DNA of 64,000 nucleotides from the human T2T-CHM13v2.0 reference genome, Homo sapiens: NCBI GenBank assembly GCA_009914755.4, contig CP086569.2, positions 16,384,001 to 16,448,000 of the forward strand, read 5' to 3'. Shown piece by piece: positions 59,524 to 64,000 of this stretch (position 1 is its first letter; each line of letters starts with the position of its first letter). The notes under the pieces were generated by a model. It saw only the letters and a program-made list of their open reading frames with translations, ran no database searches and was not told where the DNA came from. The position numbers and the translations under genes were made by a program.

Positions 59524-62500
59524 TAGGATAACTCTTGATAAAAATGCAAGGTAGCGAAAGATTTGCCACATGGACAAATGGTGGAATAAGCAACTGGAAA
59601 GGTATGAGAAGAAGAAATATTTTCAGCCTAATGTTTGCCTCGAAAAGCCTTTTTGGAGATGGTTGCCTATGTGCATTGGAATTTAAGGGCTTCTATAACT
59701 TGTAGAAGTATATTATACCTAACGAAGATTGTCTGTTAGAATTGAAATGTACTTGAGGGTGCAAACAAGAAATTTTCACCTACTCAAATGGATTGTCATT
59801 TCCAAATCCTTTGGTAGATGCCCGTCTGCCTATGTACAGGGACAGAAGAAATAAATTGCAATTCTGTTATGTACAGGAGGTGAAAATGCTACAGATGATA
59901 TTGTAATGCCAAAGGTTGTTGCCTTAGACACACCAAAGAATTTGTGTGGTGGCTGCTTGCGGAGAGTGATGGAGACGTGGACCAAGATTAAAAAAAAAAA
60001 AAGCTGTAGGCTTTATTGAGCAGAGTAACAGTATAAAGCTTCCACAGCGTGGAAGGGGTCCTGAGTGGGTAGCCAGAGTTTGATTATGCAGTTGCCTTTT
60101 AAACTCTTTAAGGTGGGAATTACGTCCAGAGGGAAGATGTTAACCAAGCAAGAAAAAAACCAGTAAATTATTTTGTGACATGCCTTAGATTTTGAGGAAA
60201 ACCAAAATTGCAACTTAGGTTTTATCTACCTTTTGACCTTGCAGCAGCATGGTAAAGGAGACAGGATTTTACAGGACTTTACAAAGTATGTTCACAAGGA
60301 ATTGGAATTGGGAGCATAGATAAGGACCACTGGTCACAGAAAAACAGGTCTTTAACATTCCTTTTAGTTTTAGGGGAGGGGGAAGGGAGAGAGGGAGAGA
60401 GGACACAGGGAAGCTTACAGCAAAATTTTTGCTGTCTATAGCTTTCTTGGGGAAGAAAACACATGCAAAAATCTTGCTGTTAAGAATATAACTTTAATAT
60501 TATTCATCCAGGACAAAAGTAAGTCCTGAAGCAGGAAATAAGTGAGTTTCACAGCTTTCTGAGCCTTTACTTGACGCAGGAATGCCAGCTGGCCCCTCCT
60601 TTCAACAGGGAGGGTAACATGCTAGCAGTAATGCAGTGGTTTCAACCAGGGGCACTTGTGTGCCCCAGAGGATATTTGGCAGTATCTGAAAGACACATTT
60701 ATTTCACAACTAGGGGAGAACAGAGAGGGTTGGGGGAAGCATCCTGTTGGGGTTTTGTGAGTAGAAGCCAGGGATGTTGCTAAGCATCTTACAATGCACA
60801 GAACAGCTCCCCTCCCCACCAATAAAGACTCATTTAGTCCCCATGTCAATAGTGTTGAGGCTGAGAAACACTATCAACAAAATCTGAGGTCCCTAAGTCA
60901 AATATCACTCATGATAAAAATGAGTTCCCCTGTTATTTTTTCACACAGGCGAAATTGGTTAAGAAGTAGGTAAAGCAGTTGCAGTGCTTGGTACATATTA
61001 AGCACTCAATTATTATTTTAATATAAGAAAAATTGTGTATTTATTTTCTGTATCTAGTGAAACATGAACCTAGTAATGAAGTAGATACACAGAACACAGC
61101 CTGCTGCCTCTAGCCTTCTCTGATATGAATACTATATATTGCACTCTTAGAGAGACAGGTTATTAAGCTCATTCTTTTGCAAATTTCTAATATTAGTTAT
61201 GGATTTGTAAGGCATTAAATCTACTTAGGGACTCCTGATTCTCCAACCCTGAGCTTTTCATGGGCATTATTAATGGTGTTGTTGGTTATCTTTAAATCCT
61301 CCAGTGTGTCTCACACTTCATATTTAAAGACGGATGCTAAATTTGAATCTTCTCTGTACCCTGTAAAACCTTCCAATCATTTAAAAACTGGTGGATGGCC
61401 CTGCTTAATTTCTTCTCTGGTTGAAATGGCATGAGGGCCTTTTAATTAAACAGAATAAACATACATGTTTGATTTAATGTGTCTTTCTTAGATACTTGCT
61501 CAACCAGCCCCTGCTCACATGGTGTCTACAGTCCAATTAGGAAGGGGAACAATCCTCTGATCTCTGATTTACAAAACTTCTCTGTGATTATTTACTCATT
61601 GGCTCAGTTTACAAATATTGACTATCTAGTGTGTGCCAAGCGTGAGAGTGGATGGTAGGGACATAGCCAGGAGGCATTTAGACTTCTTCCTGCCTGCAGA
61701 ATGTTTCCAGTGTAGCAGGGAAGATTAAACACAAAATAACCCAAACTGCAGTTGCTTGTATCATCAGTACTGAGAAAGAAATGCACAGTGATAATAAAAG
61801 GAGAACTTATTCCTCCCATACAAGGAACTTCCTCCCATGCAAGGAATCCCTAGATAAGTCACATGGAAGCTGGGGATGGGGGCTGAAGATTGGCCTCTCC
61901 AAATTATCTCTGTCCTTCTTTCATTCTTCAGCCTTTCCTCACCTCACTCCAATATGAGGTCCATTGTTATGATTGCAGTTTTTAAAGATGGGAAAGTTCA
62001 CCTTTTATTACATTCATCTAGCTGTTTAAACAGAAGCATGCAGTACTTGTACAGATATTTTTGCTCATGCTTCCGATTTCTGTATCACGGATGTGGAATT
62101 GGAGCCTAGATTTGTCAGCCAAAGAGTTAATGATGTTGAATGCAATGAAGAATTGTCTCAAAATAGCTTTTCCAAGAAAGGGATAGTGTTTCTAAAACAA
62201 ACAAACAAACAAAAAAAACACACGACAAAATGTGTTGGAGCACACATCATCTTGAGTCTAGTCTTAAAAAGCCTGTTTACAAGATAAGCCAGTTTTCTCT
62301 TTGTTACCAAGTTTGTGTTTAAGGACTTAAGATTTGGGAGAGACTCTCTACTTAGCTGTGGGTCCTGCCCAGCACAGTGTTCACAGTCTGCAAGGAAGGT
62401 AGCAGGGTACTGCATGGGATTTTATGTTAATGATGTTCAGGGGATGGTAATTCTCACCTGGGAAGGAGATGATCCATTAGTAACACTCTCAGTCTGTGTC

Positions 62501-64000
62501 TTAGGCCAGTGTGAAGCCATCACAGATCTTTAACTGCAAAATAATAATTTTATGATGAGATAAGGGGTAGTTTTATTTCTGGCCTCTTTTAAAAGAGAGA
62601 AGAGGCAAAGTCTATGCTAAGGACTATATCATTTTTTTCTAGACTTTCTATAGAATTCATGTCAAGTGAATGTCATAAATTATAAATGAAATGTGTGTCA
62701 CATAAAATAATTCTGTGGTAATAATGATAGAACTAAGCTGAATAATCTGAATATACCAAATACATGTCTGTGTGTGTGTGCATGTGTGTGTTTTCATGTA
62801 AACATTTCCCCCATCATAGAAAGTGAATGACCATCAAACACATCCTTGAATTCTAGGATTAGTCCCATGGACTTTAGTCTCCCAAGGAGATAAAAGTGAA
62901 GAGACTTAAAGCAAACAAACAAAAAAACTATTTTGCCCTATTTATTTGAAAAAATAAGAGTAAGAGAATCAATCACTCAATCACCTTCCAAAGCTTAGGA
63001 ATCTAACTGAATAACAAAAGTACCAACTCAATGTAGATAAGGAGAATTGAGTGGATCAGGAGAGAGAGAGAGGTGATTGACTATGATTAGTAATGTCATG
63101 TGTGAAGGAAGTACCCCCAGACTGCCAGTCACATAGCTTCCCACATTTAATGTGTCTTCTTTAAAAAATAGCATGCTTCTGAAAATACTTCACATTCTAC
63201 TAGTGTGCAGCTGCAAGAACATAGAGTTAATGATTGCATGGAACAACTATGTAGGATGTTGTAAGAAAAAATACTTCTCTTGGAGCTAAGAGGAAAATGT
63301 AGTTGACAGTGACTTCTTTCTCATTACTGAATCTCTACTCTCTCACACCAGCTTCCTTTTTTTGCTGTAATAGAGTAGTATTCAAGCAGCAGAAATTTTT
63401 GTCTCCCTTTCTCTCAGCAGTGGCTGGTACAGTCTGGAGACATCTTTGGATCTCATAACTGAGGGGAGTTATACATGTTACTGGCATATAGTGGGTAGAG
63501 GCTAGAGATAAGCTGAATATCTTGCAATGCACAGGACAGGCCCCTACACTAAGAATCATCTGTCCCCAAATGTCAATAGTGCAGAGACTGAGAAATCCTG
63601 ATTTAATGCCATTCATGACATATAACGGAACCCATTATCCTGACTGTCTAGTTTGCATTTGTGTGTACTCCTTTACCAAGGCTGAATTAAGTAATTTAGT
63701 GAATATTTATTCACTCAGAGAGCCATGGGGGAGAATTGCAAAGGAAAATTAAGGGATTATAAATACTTTATGGGAAGTCAAGGTGAATACACATGAAAAC
63801 AGACCAAAAAAAAATCCACTTCAAAATGTTGTTGATTTTCTCTGGACCCTAATTATGTATATTATATCAATATTTGCAGTGCATAGCTTTTGTCTGTTTT
63901 TGCAAACTGACAACTCAGATAATATAGTGTCTCAGCAAATTGTTACCACAATAATGTCATGTACACTCTGAAGCTCAACAGTTTAACACAACAGTGTATA

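Overview
This window is primate (almost certainly human) nuclear DNA from a repeat-dense, AT-rich region with no convincing protein-coding gene. It is not a prokaryotic or operon-type locus. No ORF longer than about 130 aa lies outside a recognisable transposable element, and none has coding character. About 55-60% of the sequence is recognisable interspersed or simple repeat. I counted roughly 25 Alu elements, at least 10 LINE-1 fragments of different ages, several simple-sequence tracts and a divergent 60-bp minisatellite. The better-preserved elements are: (1) a ~6.1-kb HERV-H provirus (LTR7-HERVH-LTR7, + strand, 34591-40723) with a tRNA-His-type primer-binding site, leader tandem repeats and degraded gag-pro-pol, plus an inverted solo LTR7 1.5 kb upstream; (2) a full-length (6.16 kb) L1PA-type LINE-1 on the minus strand (48752-54910) with intact target-site duplications, inserted exactly at the target-site duplication of an Alu; (3) a 5'-inverted ('twin-primed') L1 (45087-47502); (4) a 5'-truncated L1 with target-site duplications (27275-31462); (5) two closely spaced tail-to-tail inverted Alu pairs. 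The ORFs in the supplied six-frame track are all repeat-derived (L1 ORF1/ORF2 remnants, HERV-H gag/pol remnants, Alu or minisatellite read-through) or short random frames. Family names come from my memory of consensus sequences and are given at family level only, with no subfamily calls. I see nothing that qualifies as a previously undescribed biological system; the findings below are the structural oddities worth a second look.
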